A stretch of DNA of 64,000 nt, from assembly GCA_009103225.1 (NCBI GenBank), contig RHPI01000638.1, positions 903,012 through 967,011 on the forward strand, written 5' to 3'. Every line of letters starts with the position of its first letter. The first letter of the stretch is position 1. The position numbers and the translations under genes are program-made. Of this stretch, positions 12,804-26,009 are shown piece after piece. The DNA comes from Chlorokybus atmophyticus (Eukaryota; Plantae; Mesostigma and Chlorokybus algae). The notes under the pieces were generated by a model, which worked only from the letters and a program-made list of their open reading frames with translations, ran no database searches and was not told the origin of the DNA.

Positions 12804-15003
12804 TTATTGGCGGTACCCTGCAGGCAACGCCACCACATGCTTAAATGGTGTTGGTCTTTGGGGCACTCCTTCAACACCTTCTTCCTCATCATCATCAAAC
12901 TCCAGCAAGTAACTGCGGACAATATGGCCAAGTATGTGAGTACCATCCTGCTAGCCGTCTGAAGACAAGTTTCAGCCAGCATCCAAAGACATGGTCAACT
13001 TACTCGCTTGTCTTGCGCTGGTGTGGTTGTTGTAGGATTCAACACATGAAGACTTTGTTAAGCCAACAATGACATGACGTTTATTGTTGTAGAGGAAAAC
13101 AAACCACAAGCACAAACCTTGGATGGTGGTGAGATGCAGGTGGCTCTATACAGTGTGGTAGTTCCTGGATATACAGCGAGGACTTTTGACCCACGAGGAA
13201 ACTCTGGTCGGCCTGCAATCACCAAAAGAGTCGTTTGCAACAAGGTCACAACTGAAAGTCACGTTCGCTATGCACGAAAAACCATAAACGCCATGGTAGA
13301 TAACCGCTGTGACAGCTTGCAGATAATGAATCTGAGCCCATTGCCTCAATCGCGGCACTCAAGCACTGCGTTACCTGTTGGGTCTGGACACTTGGGCAGT
13401 GCGATAATGGCGCTAGAAGGCAATGCGTATCTGCAAGCAAACAAGCAAGCCGGTCATAAGCAATCACCATGCCATGAGACATGCTGAGGGCCCGCATGGG
13501 TAGCACTCACCGTTTTGGTTCTCCCCCTTCTTCAGCTGGTTCTTCATCAACGACTTCGTACCTGCAATGCACCATGTGTGTCATGCAGGTCAATACTCTC
13601 ATTTGAAGCTGTAAGCTGTGCAATGCTATATACAATGCTGGTCCGCTCGTGCCGGACCTGCGGGTATGAGGATTCAAACCCACAACTGTCACCAATATCC
13701 AGTCGTGCTTCTCAGCGCCATCGCCAGATATACGAGCCGCAACCTGCACAACACAATATGTGGTTTGAGGCACACACCAAATTTTAGTCGCAAATCACTC
13801 CAGCAAAATAAATGCATGAAGCGAAACCTGTTGTGTGGTAGAAACAGCAGCATAGCATGCATCCATACCTGCTCTCCAGGGCGCACGGTTCTAGGTGGGT
13901 CCTTCACATGGTCTCGCCGCTCACCCTCTGTGCGCGGCTTTTTTCGCTTGGTATTATCGCCTGATCGCACTGGAACTGACCCTGGGGGAAGAAGCGCCTC
14001 CAGCTGTGCACAAACACCACAATGACTTGTTGTGAATAAGAAAAGTATGGACCAACACAGCTGCTGCAGATGTAAGATAGCAAGACGCAGCATCTAAGTC
14101 GAGAACACAGTTTGCCATCATGTCGCTGTTCGCCCCTAGGTTGCAACAACAGTGACTTCTAAAGAAAGTCTGATGTAGACACCAACCAAAAAGCAACCCG
14201 TGTGATACCGCTGATGCGTCACAGTGGGCGACACGTGTTGTTTACTACTGTTTACTACTCTGACCTCGGCAGCGCATGATGCAGCTGTGCGCTCAAGAGC
14301 GCGCCCCAAGTCTTGAGCCTCGATGTAGAACTCGCGAAGCCGTATCCACAACTTGTCGCCAAACGTTTGCGCCTTCTCTGGGGCTGTCAGAGCATGCAGC
14401 CAACAATCAGCACTCATTGACTAGCTGAATGGGTGCTGCTTATGTGTGGCAAGTCGTTTCATTCCAACTACAACAGGGCACAGTTTGCCACTTCGTTGAT
14501 TACAGACGCAAGATCAACATGAGTCAATGAAGCCACTGGCTTGCCATTTGTTCACACACTTGCCAAGCATGCCAGCATGCCTTGACAGGTCCTAGACGGC
14601 CATAGCCCAGGGACTTGGAATTCAGGCGCAATTGCGCATTGATAGTGATGTCTTTGAGCACAGCAGCACAGCACAAGTGGCGAGCTGATTGGCGTAGCAC
14701 ACATGTACATTTGGGTTACGACGACCACAGAGCAAACCAACAGTGGGTGCTTAAGATTGCGACACATGGCTGCCTTTCTGTTGTGCAATCCACGCTATAC
14801 CTCTATCTACTACATCGTGCACACTAATGTGCGTTGAATGCCAACCATTCGTACATCGAAGAAGCGCGCTTACGAGTTACGGCAAGCTTGGAATGAAGCT
14901 TGTTGATCTTCCTGTGAACAGCGTCCTGATCTCGCCTAATCCTTTCTACCTCCCGCAGCCTTGCCAGATAGGCGGTGCCGTCCACCAGGAGCTCGCCTTC
15001 CAT
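12804..15003 (-). CDS. SGF29: SAGA-associated factor 29 (N-terminal coiled coil plus tandem Tudor)
   Basis: Starts MEGELLVDGTAYLARLREVERIRR. Tudor exons: GEQV|AARISGDGAEKHDWILVTVV, YEVVDEEP, FPRGSKVLAVYPGTTTLYRAT, YLLEFDDDEEEG..VPFKHVVALP-like C-terminus. Confidence 0.92.
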
Positions 15004-15954
15004 CCGCCAGCCGAAAGCAAGCAGCAACACGCAAACCAGCCAGCGCCAAGCTAAACAGCGAGCTACGGCCCAGCAGGCCAGTGCAAAAAGCTGCCTCTAC
15101 CGGCTGGCATGAACCAAACCATCATCCATGCGTGCACTGCGCATTTATCTATTGCCGCAGCTCCCTCAACGCCAACTGGAAGTCAGAGTTGATAAGAACT
15201 GAGGAACCCACCGTCGACGGCGACGTCGACAACAACAAGCTCGCCAACGACAACGACTGCACCGCCCAGCTTGCTACTGCTGCTGCTGCTGCTGAATGCA
15301 CCAGTGACGCGCACTGCGGCTTTCAGCTACGACTCCGCTGGCGGGCATCCACCACTCTGCGCGTGCCGCACACGCAGCAAAACAAGCACACAAGTACTGA
15401 AAAGCACACAAGTACGCAAGCGAGTGCAGTATTCCTGTAATGTGTGACAATGAAGGTGATGCGCAGAATGGCATGAGGAGTCTTGCATGCAACGGATCCA
15501 GGGGCAGCATGAAAGTCATTGAAGCAGACCTCAGGCAGCACAACTCTGTGTAGATGTATAGTCGCGTATAAGTTCTAAGCCAGCACTCAGTTGGTGGGAA
15601 GCAGTCACCATTGCCAAAAGGAGAACAAGGGGGAACAGAGGCAACAGCTGCATTTGTAAGTGTGATAGTAACAAGGATGCTCTCCTAGGAACACCGAGCA
15701 CATTCCGATGTCTGCGTTCTTAACACAACAGCATTATGCGAATAGGAAACAGTTAAAATCTAATTAAACTCTAATCAGGAAGAATGTACATCAGAAGTAC
15801 AACCAAACAGAAAAACTAATGCTACAAACGCAGGTCAAGGACAATGCTAGAGTGCATATGGAAACAACCGTTCATGTCGATAAGTACAGCTTATGGCAGG
15901 CAGCAGGATGCGCACAATGCGCACTCGCCATCCATCGGCATTTAACCAACATTC

Positions 15955-18923
15955 CTACTCCCAATCGCCCCAACCCTCATCTTCCTCACCGTCATCGCCT
16001 TGTTTCTTGGCACGGGGGGTTTTCTGCTCAGCAGCAACAGAGGCTTCCTTCTTAGTAGCCACACCAGCAGATTCGGGAGCCGGGCTCTCCTCAGGCGAAC
16101 TCTTCTCATCCGAAGCAACAACACACCACCCGCTCGCACCACTTGCTGCGCTGCCATCGCTCTTGTTGTCATGCAGCTCATCCGTGGCGAACAAGTCATC
16201 GGTGTCGTCATCAACGGCGTGCTCTGCTCCATGTGGTTCAGCCGCGGGTGTTGCAGGGACTTGCTTGGGAGTGGCCAAGGCAGGCTCCACGTCTTCTTTA
16301 TGTACAGCTGGAGCAGGGGACTCAATGGCAGGCTCTTCATCAACAGGAGCTGCTGCATCAGAAATCTCTTCCTCCAGAGTGGTGAATACAGGGTCTGCTT
16401 CAGGCACTGCAACCGGTGACTGCTGCTTAGGAGTCGTCACAGGAGCAGCGGGTTGAGCACTTGGTAGCTCCACAGTGACCTCCGTGGTGAAACCAGGATC
16501 TGCTTCAGGCACTGCAATTGGTGACTGCTGCTTAGGAGTGGCCTCGGCATCAGACAGTTGTGCGTTTGGTAACTCCACAGTAACCTCGGGCTGTGCCACA
16601 GGGGATTCGGGCTTGGAGGCCGGCGCTGAGGTAGTTTCAGGGGTATACACAACTGGGGCAATGCCGGTAGTCTTGGGTCCAACAAGTGTGGCGGATGGAG
16701 ACGGCTCCTCTTGGACGGGCTCAGTCGCAACTTGAGCAGTAGGCTGGCTTGTGGTGTTGAGGTCTTTTGGCAGTTCTTGCGGCTCACCCTCGGCATCATC
16801 CACATCCCAGCTCAGCTCATCCTCTTCAGAGACAGTTGCTCGCTTCATCAACTCATTGCGCGCTTCCTGCGCCTGCTGCAGCTTGTATAACCGATAGAAA
16901 TAGCGCATCCAGAATGTCTCGCGCTCCACAATGAGTGGCACTGCAGACAAACATGGTAAGGCCGAGCGCAACAGCAACAATAAGATGTGGAGTGCACAAT
17001 TCACGAGAAGTGTGCGATGTTGCCAACAAATTGTACCTATGCGAGTCTGAAGCTCTTGCATGAACGCATTGTCTTTCAACACACCCTCAATGTCAGCTTG
17101 CCTGCCAACAGACAGCTGTCAGCCCTTCACACAAGCCTGACATAACGGTGCTAATCAAACTGCGTGCAATTGCGACGACTCAATGATTGCCAATCACGTA
17201 CTTGTCTTCCATGCGGAATGCCTCCTTCCATGCGGCATAATCTGCAGCATCCTCAGGCTCATCGCAGTACGTACTGCTGTCCCGCTGCATGGCACTGACC
17301 TGTTGTCGCGGTAAGTAAGGCGAAGCGCGTAGAATCAGCATTGCATGACAAGGACTTGAATGGATCATTACAGCGCAACATAATGTAACATGCAGACTGG
17401 CTTTATATACCTCAGCATGCATACGGCTGTACTTTCCACTAACGGCGTACACTGGCCTGTCGGGACGGGCAGGGCGAGTTTTCTTTGCCTTGAACTCAGT
17501 CTCCATTGCAACGGCCTCACGTACTTGCTGGAAGATTTCGGTTGTCCTGGCAGCGCAAGTAGTTTAGGACCATGAATGATGCGATTGACCCAGGTATGAA
17601 CCTTGGGGAACAGCACATGCAGTGTGAACATATCTTCCTGTCATGTACGCAAGCCACATATCAACTGCTGCTCACCCTCTAAAGACAGATGAACCAAAAG
17701 TCTCCAACCCTCGCCCCATGGCTTCCACTTGCTCCTGTTGCAATCTTGATTCAGTCAGGAAAAGATTGAGAAAGCATTCATCAAAATTTGTCCTCTTAGG
17801 GCTAATGCTTCTCGTAAGACTTACTCAATCGTAAGACCTTTATCGATCTTAACATCGTGCTAGAACTGTCATGGGACATGGCGAAGTGCAGTGCCAACAA
17901 TTCAGGCATACTGTAGTGCAAGCACCTGAGCAGTGACAGCTTGGTTTTCAAGTATGTTTGGCAGCTGCGGCAGCTTTGTTGATGTTTTCTCCACAACCGA
18001 CTTGCCCTCACGTTGCAGCTCCCGGCCAAACTCAATTATGTCCTTTTGGTACTGAGCAAGCATCTCCTCAGACTGCATATAGCCCACCACAGTTGGTTCA
18101 ATACAACTAGGCAGTTGCAAGCCACAGTGCGCCCAAAGATGGTAGCGCAATTTCTCCTACCTTGTGTTGGGCCTTCACAGTAAGCTCCGTCACTGCCTTC
18201 GCAAGCGTTCCAAAAAGTCTGCAAGCAACCACCGTAATACGATGATTGCAACAGCGATGCTGTATTGGTGAGCTGACTGTTTGAACACGCGTGCACCAAC
18301 AACACAAGTACTGCATCTGTCAAAGTTAGGGAGTAGGACATCGTTCAGCTTGCTTGCCTGCCTGCGCCGATTGCCGGCGGAGTTGGTAACGCCTGCTCAG
18401 CAACAGCCTCGCCTTCAGGTACTGGTACAGACGAAGACGCTCCATCCTTGTCCTAGGATGAACAATAACATTCAAGCATGTATTTTGGCACATATTGGCA
18501 AAGGCACATCATCAAGGAGAGTGCAACCGCTTCACGACCAGAATATCTACAGGAAGTTGAGCAGGCATGATATGGAGGGATGTGACTTGAGTTCGACGAA
18601 CATGTATTGCAACAAGTACATGGATGCAGAATGCGTCTGAAACCCGCCAACAGAATAGACACCAATTTATTAACCTACAATTGACCTTGATGATGTGCCT
18701 ACCATAGTCAGTGAGCTGACAAAATGCACATGACTTGGAGGCATGGCCACACAACCGTCATCTCTCTATTTAGCAAATCTGAACGTTAGGGTGCCTTGTC
18801 TAGTACTGAAACGCACTGTACCTGCTGATTGTCGCTATCAGGCGACTTCTCCTCACGGCGACTTGCATCAGGCACCAAATCTTCACCAAGAATTACGCTC
18901 TGAAAGGAGCGTAAGAAATTCAT
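15955..18923 (-). CDS. BSD-domain protein with a long acidic, Pro-rich C-terminal tail
   Basis: BSD core ETFWMRYFYRLYKL followed by EEDELSWDVDD, with the typical C-terminus EDEGWGDWE*. ATG 18923 gives MNFLRSFQSVILGEDL. Confidence 0.88.
16383..16592 (-). repeat. 105-bp (35-aa) in-frame tandem duplication inside the last BSD exon
   Basis: EVTVELPNAQLSDAEATPKQQSPIAVPEADPGFTT versus EVTVELPSAQPAAPVTTPKQQSPVAVPEADPVFTT. Confidence 0.9.
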
Positions 18924-20511
18924 CTTCCCACAAGGCACGGAGCCTGCCTAGGCCCAACCGGACCCACACAGCACCTGCACAAAAGTTGCAGCAATCGCCG
19001 TCCGCAAAACCCTGGACACCGAAACCCTAGTACAAGCCCAGTTGCTGACACCGCTCACGGCACTTACGGCCCCAGCCCCACTCCCCACGAGAGTATACAA
19101 TGCTCAAACGCTTGCTGTAGCTACCAACCGGATCCAGACCCCGGCGACAACCACGCGGCGGCCGCCGCCGCCGACACCGCCGCCCCAAACTCTCGCCTGT
19201 CCACGTCAACGCTCAATGCATGACCCTCAATTGACGTCTGACAAGCAGAACGAGTTCAGTGCATTGATGGAATTGCAGCATCGGAAACGGGGTGCCGGAA
19301 TTTGCTGGCTGTTAGCCGTTCCTCGTTAGCCGTTATCCCGCTCCCAACTGTTTGCTCGTTTCGATCCCGGATAATGCCCCTGTAAGAAGGGGGGCAGGGA
19401 CCCAGACGAACCCAGAAAAAGCTCCTCTCGCAGGATCAGCACGGCCGAGGACTCCAGGTCGGCGACGGTATCAACTTTGGCTTGGTTGAAACACTTCTAC
19501 AAGTGAATAAACCGATCGTTTGTGAATCACAGTTGTGGATGAACTGATGATTTGAATCCCGAGCGCGTGCTGACCGTGTGGCGGTTTGCTGCGTGGCCGC
19601 GCTTGGTTGTAAAATAATTATAAGTCGAGAGCAATAATTTGCAAGCATGGCTTGGCTGTCGCATCGCTGTGTGAGCTGAGCAAGCAAGCTGTGCAATGCT
19701 GCATTACCGCCATTGCGACATTGCGTGCCCAGCCAGTGGCGCCGCGGACGGCGGCGTGGGCGGTGTGGTCGGGGTGGTTGGGGTTTGGGCGGGGAGAGCG
19801 GAGGGTGCTGGTTTTCACGTGGAGGGCACAGGTGCAAGCATAGCTGAAAGACTCTTGCCGCTGCGCTGAAGGAAGAGCGGCGCTGTGCTGCGGTAGTGTC
19901 AGCCTGGCCGCCGCCGCCGCCTGCTGGATGACATTGTGAGCAAGGGTCTTGGAGGAAGCGTGGTACGCTGAGTTGGTGCCGGTGCTCGTGAAGCGATCCA
20001 AACTGCAGCTTGGGCCCCATATCATGCATTGAAGAGGTGCTTGCAAGCAATTCTCTGAGTGCGTTTGAGTTTCCCAACGCTTGCTGCTTGACTTGTCACC
20101 AGACAGGCTTACTCGCGTGAGAAGTACAGCATCCAGCATTGTTAGATGAGTGTTGTCACAAACAGTCCATGATACCACAATGACAGACCTGGTTTCGTGT
20201 TTCTTGCGTGCCTTGGTCGTCCAACCAACATTGTAGATTGCACCACATTCACAGTCATTAAATGTGGTGCAAATAGAAATACATCACGTGGTTGCCAACA
20301 GCAGTTGCATGTGACTCTTTGCCTCTGCGTTCCGCCAGCTAGGCATGGTGCACTTGTTTCCTCATGTGCTGTGTGCAAGTGTTAATTCTTTGCTGCACAG
20401 GTCAGAGCGCCTGTGATGTCTTAAGAGGAGCAGGCTGGTGACACACTGTGCGAAGCAGTTGGACAAGACAGAGCTCGCAGCATCCATCAAGCGCTGTTGG
20501 GTAGTGACAAC

Positions 20512-23500
20512 ATGATAGTGATCTCTGCGTTCGCAACCGTTGAGCCTTCCATCAAAGCGGCATGTGCGTTGATATCCTTGTGTCGAGAGGCTGCGGCTGC
20601 TGCTCGCGCACACCGCAAAGCATGCCACAAGCTGACATCCCGCCTGGACGAGCTGGAACCCCTCTTACGCCATGTAGAAAGACAGGTAAGCAGCAGACAA
20701 CCGAATAAGTGCAATGTGTGCGTCTGTTACACACATGTGCTTTCTACGTGGAGTTGGTTGCATTCCTGAATGGTATGCACCGCCATTGAACTGCGGGTGC
20801 TTGACGTCGGCCTACACAATGTTAAGCTTGTGCGTTGGCGCACAGGCACAAAACATGAAGCTTGGCGATAGCTCTGCTTCGGCAACATTGCAAGTGGTGC
20901 AGCGGTTGACAGAGACCTTGAACGATGCGCGGATGTTGCTCACGCGTTGCAGCACAATGTCACGATTGAAGTTGATTCTTCAGGGAAGGGGTTTAGGTGA
21001 ACGGTTCAGCATCCTATCTGCAGAGATTGATCGCTGCCTGAGCTCCTTCTCACTGTAAGTGATTGATTCCTGAACTTGTATCCAGTATTCAACTGGATTG
21101 CATCTCACAATCGAGGGTTGCTCAGAGTCTTCTTAGTTTCTTGCGGTGCAGGATGATGCTTTGTGCATAACAACACGTTGTGGCCTGCTTTGCAGCTACC
21201 AAACAGCCATTGCCACTGAGACCCTCGCACGTGTGAACTCTCTGCGAAGAAATCTTCAATACGATGTTAAGACAATCGCAGCCGACACAGAAACCATGTC
21301 TGACGGCATGCAGGTAGAAGCAGACATGAAAATGTGTGCTCACAGCCTGAGGGTGATACATTTTGATCATTGCTCCTACAGACACTGCGCATTGTGAAAG
21401 TGGATGTTATGTCAGGCAGCCAGATCCAATGCTTGACGTGAAAACTTGCGTACATTTTTTCTGACTGTGGCAATTGGAACTGCAGGCACAGCTTAGAACT
21501 CTACAAGACAACAGTGGCACGCACGATCGCACTAAGGCGGATGCACAGCGGGTGCTACAGCAGCTTGCCGCAGATACGGGAATGTCCGCTGACAATGTTG
21601 AACAGGAGTGCATGCAAATTCGCCAGGAGCTGCAAGAGTTACGCACGCACAAAAGTCAACAACAAGACCTTTATGATGAACAGGTATCCAACCTGTCCAG
21701 ACTGTGCTGGCTTACGGCTGTCTGCTGCATCCTGAGTACGTTTGGATAGCTAAGCAACTCTGTGCTGGCAGGTTGATGAGTTGTTGACGGCTATGGGACT
21801 GCTCCATACCGATAGTGAGGCATCAACATCTGCAACAACCAATGATCACATAGACGAAGAGCCGCCGTACGACATCTTGTGCCCCATCTGCGTTCACATC
21901 ATGTCGGACCCTGTGGTGCTTTCCGAAAGCGGTCACACTTACGACCGCATGTGCATACAGCGATGGTTTTTTGAAGGCAGGCCAAGCGTGTGTCCGTTGT
22001 CTTGGCTACCTGTAACGAAGTTGGTGTTGGTGCCAGTTGTACCGTTTCGACAACGATGTCTCAGGTGGGCAGAAAGCCACGGCGTGACCCTTCCCCAGGC
22101 CCCGCACGTGGTCGGGTCAAAGTATCCGCTCCCAACCGTGGAAGAAATGATGCCGACTGGTCTTAGCAAAACGGCTAGTGAAGGAGACATCACACAAAGC
22201 AAGCAACGTCAGAGAGTTGACGTTGCCACAGGCCAGAATGGTTCCACGGGCACACCTACACATCACGGTGGCTCAGCTGTGACGGCGAGCCATGGCAGTC
22301 CTTTGACAGAAACTCAGCCATCAGGTGTCAGCAGTAAACGCGAGCTACCTCTGGACATCTCTGAAGAGACGCTTGGAAAGCCAGGTTTGGGGGATTCGTC
22401 TCCAAACAGCCTCAAATGGAGTCCTGATGCAAGGACTGTGTCGCACAGTCCGCAAGCCACTGCAGATGGCTCGTTGGTGCAGCAGAGCAATGGTGTCGTG
22501 TTAAGTCCTCACTTGTTGTCACCCCGGCGTGATCTACCCTCGCAGCAGCATTCCACGAGCAGAACTGGAGGTGTTGTGAAGCGAAGGTCAGCATCGGCGT
22601 CGGGATCCGAGTTCAATGTGCCTCCATCTCTTTTGGGACCCAGACAGGTTGCCGGAGGTTTGCCGCTGTCCAGGGACAGTTCTACTGTGTCCATCCCCCA
22701 GGTTTCAAGCACATTAGCACCCAGCTCGGGTCCTTCAACAGCATCGGTGAGTCACACGGCAGCTGACTCCTCACTGGTTGTTGATAACACAAGGCTTTCT
22801 GGTACTACTGCTAGTCGATCACTCGATGACTACGGTTCTGCGCAAGCAGTAAAGCCAGTTGTTGAACCAGTTGAAGCCCAGCCTACCCGCACAGATGCCA
22901 CAACCTCCCCAGGCTCCTCTCCAGAGAAAACGTCTCAAAGCAGCCCAGCAAGCTCTGCAATGCCTAATGACAGTGATTTGCAGAAGCAAATGGGCACGCC
23001 TACTCCTGCGTTAAACGCTGAAGCCAGCATGCCCAGTGTTGCTGCAGACGTTCTCTTATGGACTCAGCAGCTACCCAGCTGTGGGATCCCGCAATCACAG
23101 CGCTCGCGCACTGTTGCGGACAAAGCGCCCCTGTCTGCATCTGTTGAGCCGCATATGTCTGCAAACCCGCCAACGAGTAGCTCACCTGCGGTTTCATCAG
23201 ACAATGCGCACGCGCCTGACGCGCAACTTGAATCAAGTGAACGTCAACCGCGTATACTGCATGTTGCTGAAAGGGCACGACACAATATGATGAGCGAGGC
23301 TGCTCCAAAGCCCGGACAGCGAATACTCCATCTGTCACCAGAAGCTCGCACCAGGATAGAATCCTCCGCCACAGATGCAACACCTGTGCCTATCATATTT
23401 GACCGTGAGGGCCTCGTCAAAAAGCCACCAAGTCTCGTGGCATCTGCATCTGCATCTGCACCTGCACCTGCACCTGCACCTGCACCTGCACCAGCACCAG

Positions 23501-24909
23501 CACCTGCTCCTGCTCCTGCACCTGCACCTGTCGTTGAACCTACACTTGCCCCTACCCCTACCCCTACCCCTGCCCCTGTACGAGTACCAGCAGTTCCGCC
23601 TTTGTCTCCTCCTCCTGTTGACAGGCCATGCACTGCAGTAACAGTTGCTTCTTCTTCTCCTGAGCCGCAATCTGGCAGCGCACGAAGCAACAGAAGCAGC
23701 TTCAGTTTTGCCGAATTGCCTGATAGCGCCCGATCGCAGTCCAGTAGCATGAGCTTCGGGTTCTTTTCTGAGGTGGACTCGTTCTCTCCGTCTTTGCAAC
23801 AGCTGGCCACCGCAGCGTCTGGGCCGAAACCGTTCCTTCAGGAGTTCAAACTTGAGAGCGCCCGCAAGTTCTACGAGTCCGCGGCTACCACTCCAAACAA
23901 GCACCTTGCGCGTGAGGTTGGCAGCGCGCGTTGGGTCATGGCTGCTGAAGATAGACGTTTGTACTGCGCTGCGTGGGAGAGCCACCTGAGGCGTTGGCGC
24001 TTTGTTGGGTTCCACCAGCACGACGTGTTTAAGGCGCACGAGGAAGGCGTGCGCACAGCCATTGCCATGGAGGGGTTGGTTCTCACTGCGGGCGGGGCCG
24101 TGGTCAAGATGTGGCGCACGGACAACAACCAGCTGGTCGCCTCCTTCACGGAGACAACAACCGTCACGTGCATGGCGCTCATGGACCCGCATCTGGTTGT
24201 GGCTATGGCGGACGGCACGGTCAGCGTGAGAACCCTGGCAAAGTTCCGCACGGACGCTGCGCGCTTCAAGGCGCACGACGGGCGCATCAATGCAATCGTG
24301 GCAATGAAGTCGTGCATCATCACGGGCGATAACATCGGGCTGATACGTGTCTGGCATGGCTCCCAACATTGGCGCAAAGGGCTGAATTACAGGTGAGATT
24401 ATGCCGATTGAACCAAATGTTCTGCAACAACAATGTGGTTTACATGTACTGCACATCAATTGCAATTGAGCAGTTGTGTCCTTTTAACCTTGTATGCGGC
24501 TATCTTATGTGCTCATGACTAACTGATGCATCACATCAGGCGTGCTATGGAGTGCCGAGCACATCACAGTCCAATCGGTGCGCTCGCCGTGAGCGAGTCA
24601 AGGGGGTGGGTCTTTTCCGGCGCGCTCTCGGGCAACGTCAAGGTGTGGCACCTGGCGGGCCTGCAGCCGTTGCAGGCGCTCGACCTCGGCACCAACAACC
24701 CTGTGCGCAGTATGGTCATCGAGCAGGACACGTTGTTTGTTGCGCAGCAGAACGGCCTCATCAAAGCCTGGTCCCTCGAAGACCTCAAGTGCGTTGCCAT
24801 GATTGCTGGACCCATGCTGCTGTTCAACGACGTCGTGTTCGTCTCCTGTGGACGGTCCCTCTACACAGCTGCCGGTACGAGCCTCGTTGCCTGGCAGCAA
24901 CTCCACTAG
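20512..24909 (+). CDS. U-box E3 ubiquitin ligase: N-terminal helical (UND/MLKL-NTD-like) domain, U-box, long disordered linker, C-terminal WD40 repeats
   Basis: U-box PPYDILCPICVHIMSDPVVLSESGHTYDRMCIQRWF..VCP at ~21860-22070. N-terminal ..AHRKACHKLTSRLDELEPLL..LNDARMLLTRCSTMSRLKLILQG..FSILSAEIDRCL resembles plant PUB UND regions. WD repeats (AHEEGVR..VKMW, AHDGRINAI..IRVW, SGALSGNVKVW, LIKAW) run from 23950 to 24909. Confidence 0.85.
23450..23580 (+). repeat. Hexamer repeat (GCACCT-type) encoding an (AP)n/(TP)n linker
   Basis: Visible directly. Translates as ASASAPAPAPAPAP...TPTPTPAP in the U-box gene frame. Confidence 0.95.
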
Positions 24910-25029
24910 ACCAACCAACCAAGAGATATTGCTCTCCGTTTGTAGATTGAAGGTGCGTAAAGTGCGCCCAGGTAGAGTAACTGCGTGTGTTCTAGAGCGG
25001 GGGGGGGGGGCCCGCATGGGTAGCACTCN

Positions 25030-25382
25030 TGTGACCAGGTAGACGGAGTCTACGGAGAAGACGGCATCCCAGACCCATCTCTGGTGGCCTGCCAACATGC
25101 AATTATCGGTCAAACGGTCAGATCTCAGTTTTAACCCAACTCACTGTGAAGCAAACATGTTGTTGTGCTCCTTGCCTTCAAGCGTGCGCTCAAGCGCGAA
25201 CCCGTCCAAACTCCACAGCTTGACTTTGTGATCCGAGGAAGTGGTGGCCAGGTACCTGGCCCAAAACAGGGGGAACACATATTTGTCTCAAAGCTTGCAA
25301 TGCCCCAAGCTGCCTTTTGTTTGCACGCATACTAGTGCACGTGGGGTTCTCTTATACAACAAGCCGCAAACAACTTGCTTAG
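25030..25382. repeat. Exact 353-bp copy of LST8 sequence 35256-35608, same orientation, next to an N
   Basis: Base-for-base identity from TGTGACCAGG to CAACTTGCTTAG at a constant offset of 10226 bp. It contains two LST8 exon pieces and introns. Confidence 0.95.
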
Positions 25383-26009
25383 GGGGGCTAGAGCCTGTAC
25401 AGACACCCATATGTGGTATGGGAACTAACAATAACTTGTTGTAGCTGCAAGCAACGACTTGCAAGCCAGTTTGTCAGGCGTATGATTGCTGTGACGAGGT
25501 CATGTGAATGTTGTGTACAAAAAGGGTTTTGTATGTAGCACCTATCCCGCGGGTGTGTCTATATGCTGCGTTCTTATTGCAGTAAAGTGGTTTCCTCAGC
25601 AGTACCACGAACTCATTGTTTGCAAGTTAGCTGCTTACGAAGCCGCAGTGACTGCAAGCAGCTGTGAAACATTCTGTCACATCTCGCCAACGCCTTTAGT
25701 TCCTATCTACACACTGTCAAGTTACCACTGATCACCTTGCGGCTACTACTTTCTCTGTATATCGCTACACAGTATGCCTAGCTGCATCGCCTTGCTGGTG
25801 CCCGCCAAAGACATGTCCTATCTACTGCAAGCTTCATTACGCACACGCAGGTCGTAGTTATCACTGTTATCACTTGGATATGCCTCGAGTGTTGCTGGTG
25901 TGAAGGCAGTACTGCAGCCGTTTTCGTACCCACCATACACCTGTACCCGCAGTGCTTGTGAGGTAACAAGGCAGGCCCTCGTCATGCATATGACGCCAAG
26001 CACCTGCAC

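Noticed and set aside
19330-19385. tRNA suggested by TTCGATCCCGG
   Set aside because: No cloverleaf, acceptor stem or A-box can be built around it.
19436-20178. 213-aa and 186-aa minus-strand ORFs between the BSD and U-box genes
   Set aside because: Low-complexity, GC-rich 5' UTR/promoter sequence of the U-box gene, with no domain signature.
23244-24465. Long antisense ORFs (188 and 376 aa) overlapping the U-box/WD40 gene
   Set aside because: They are explained by high GC3 and the hexamer repeat of the sense gene.
25030-25382. Second LST8 gene or processed pseudogene
   Set aside because: It is only a 353-bp fragment, retains introns, is 100% identical to the source and begins at an N. It is treated as a duplication or artefact instead.
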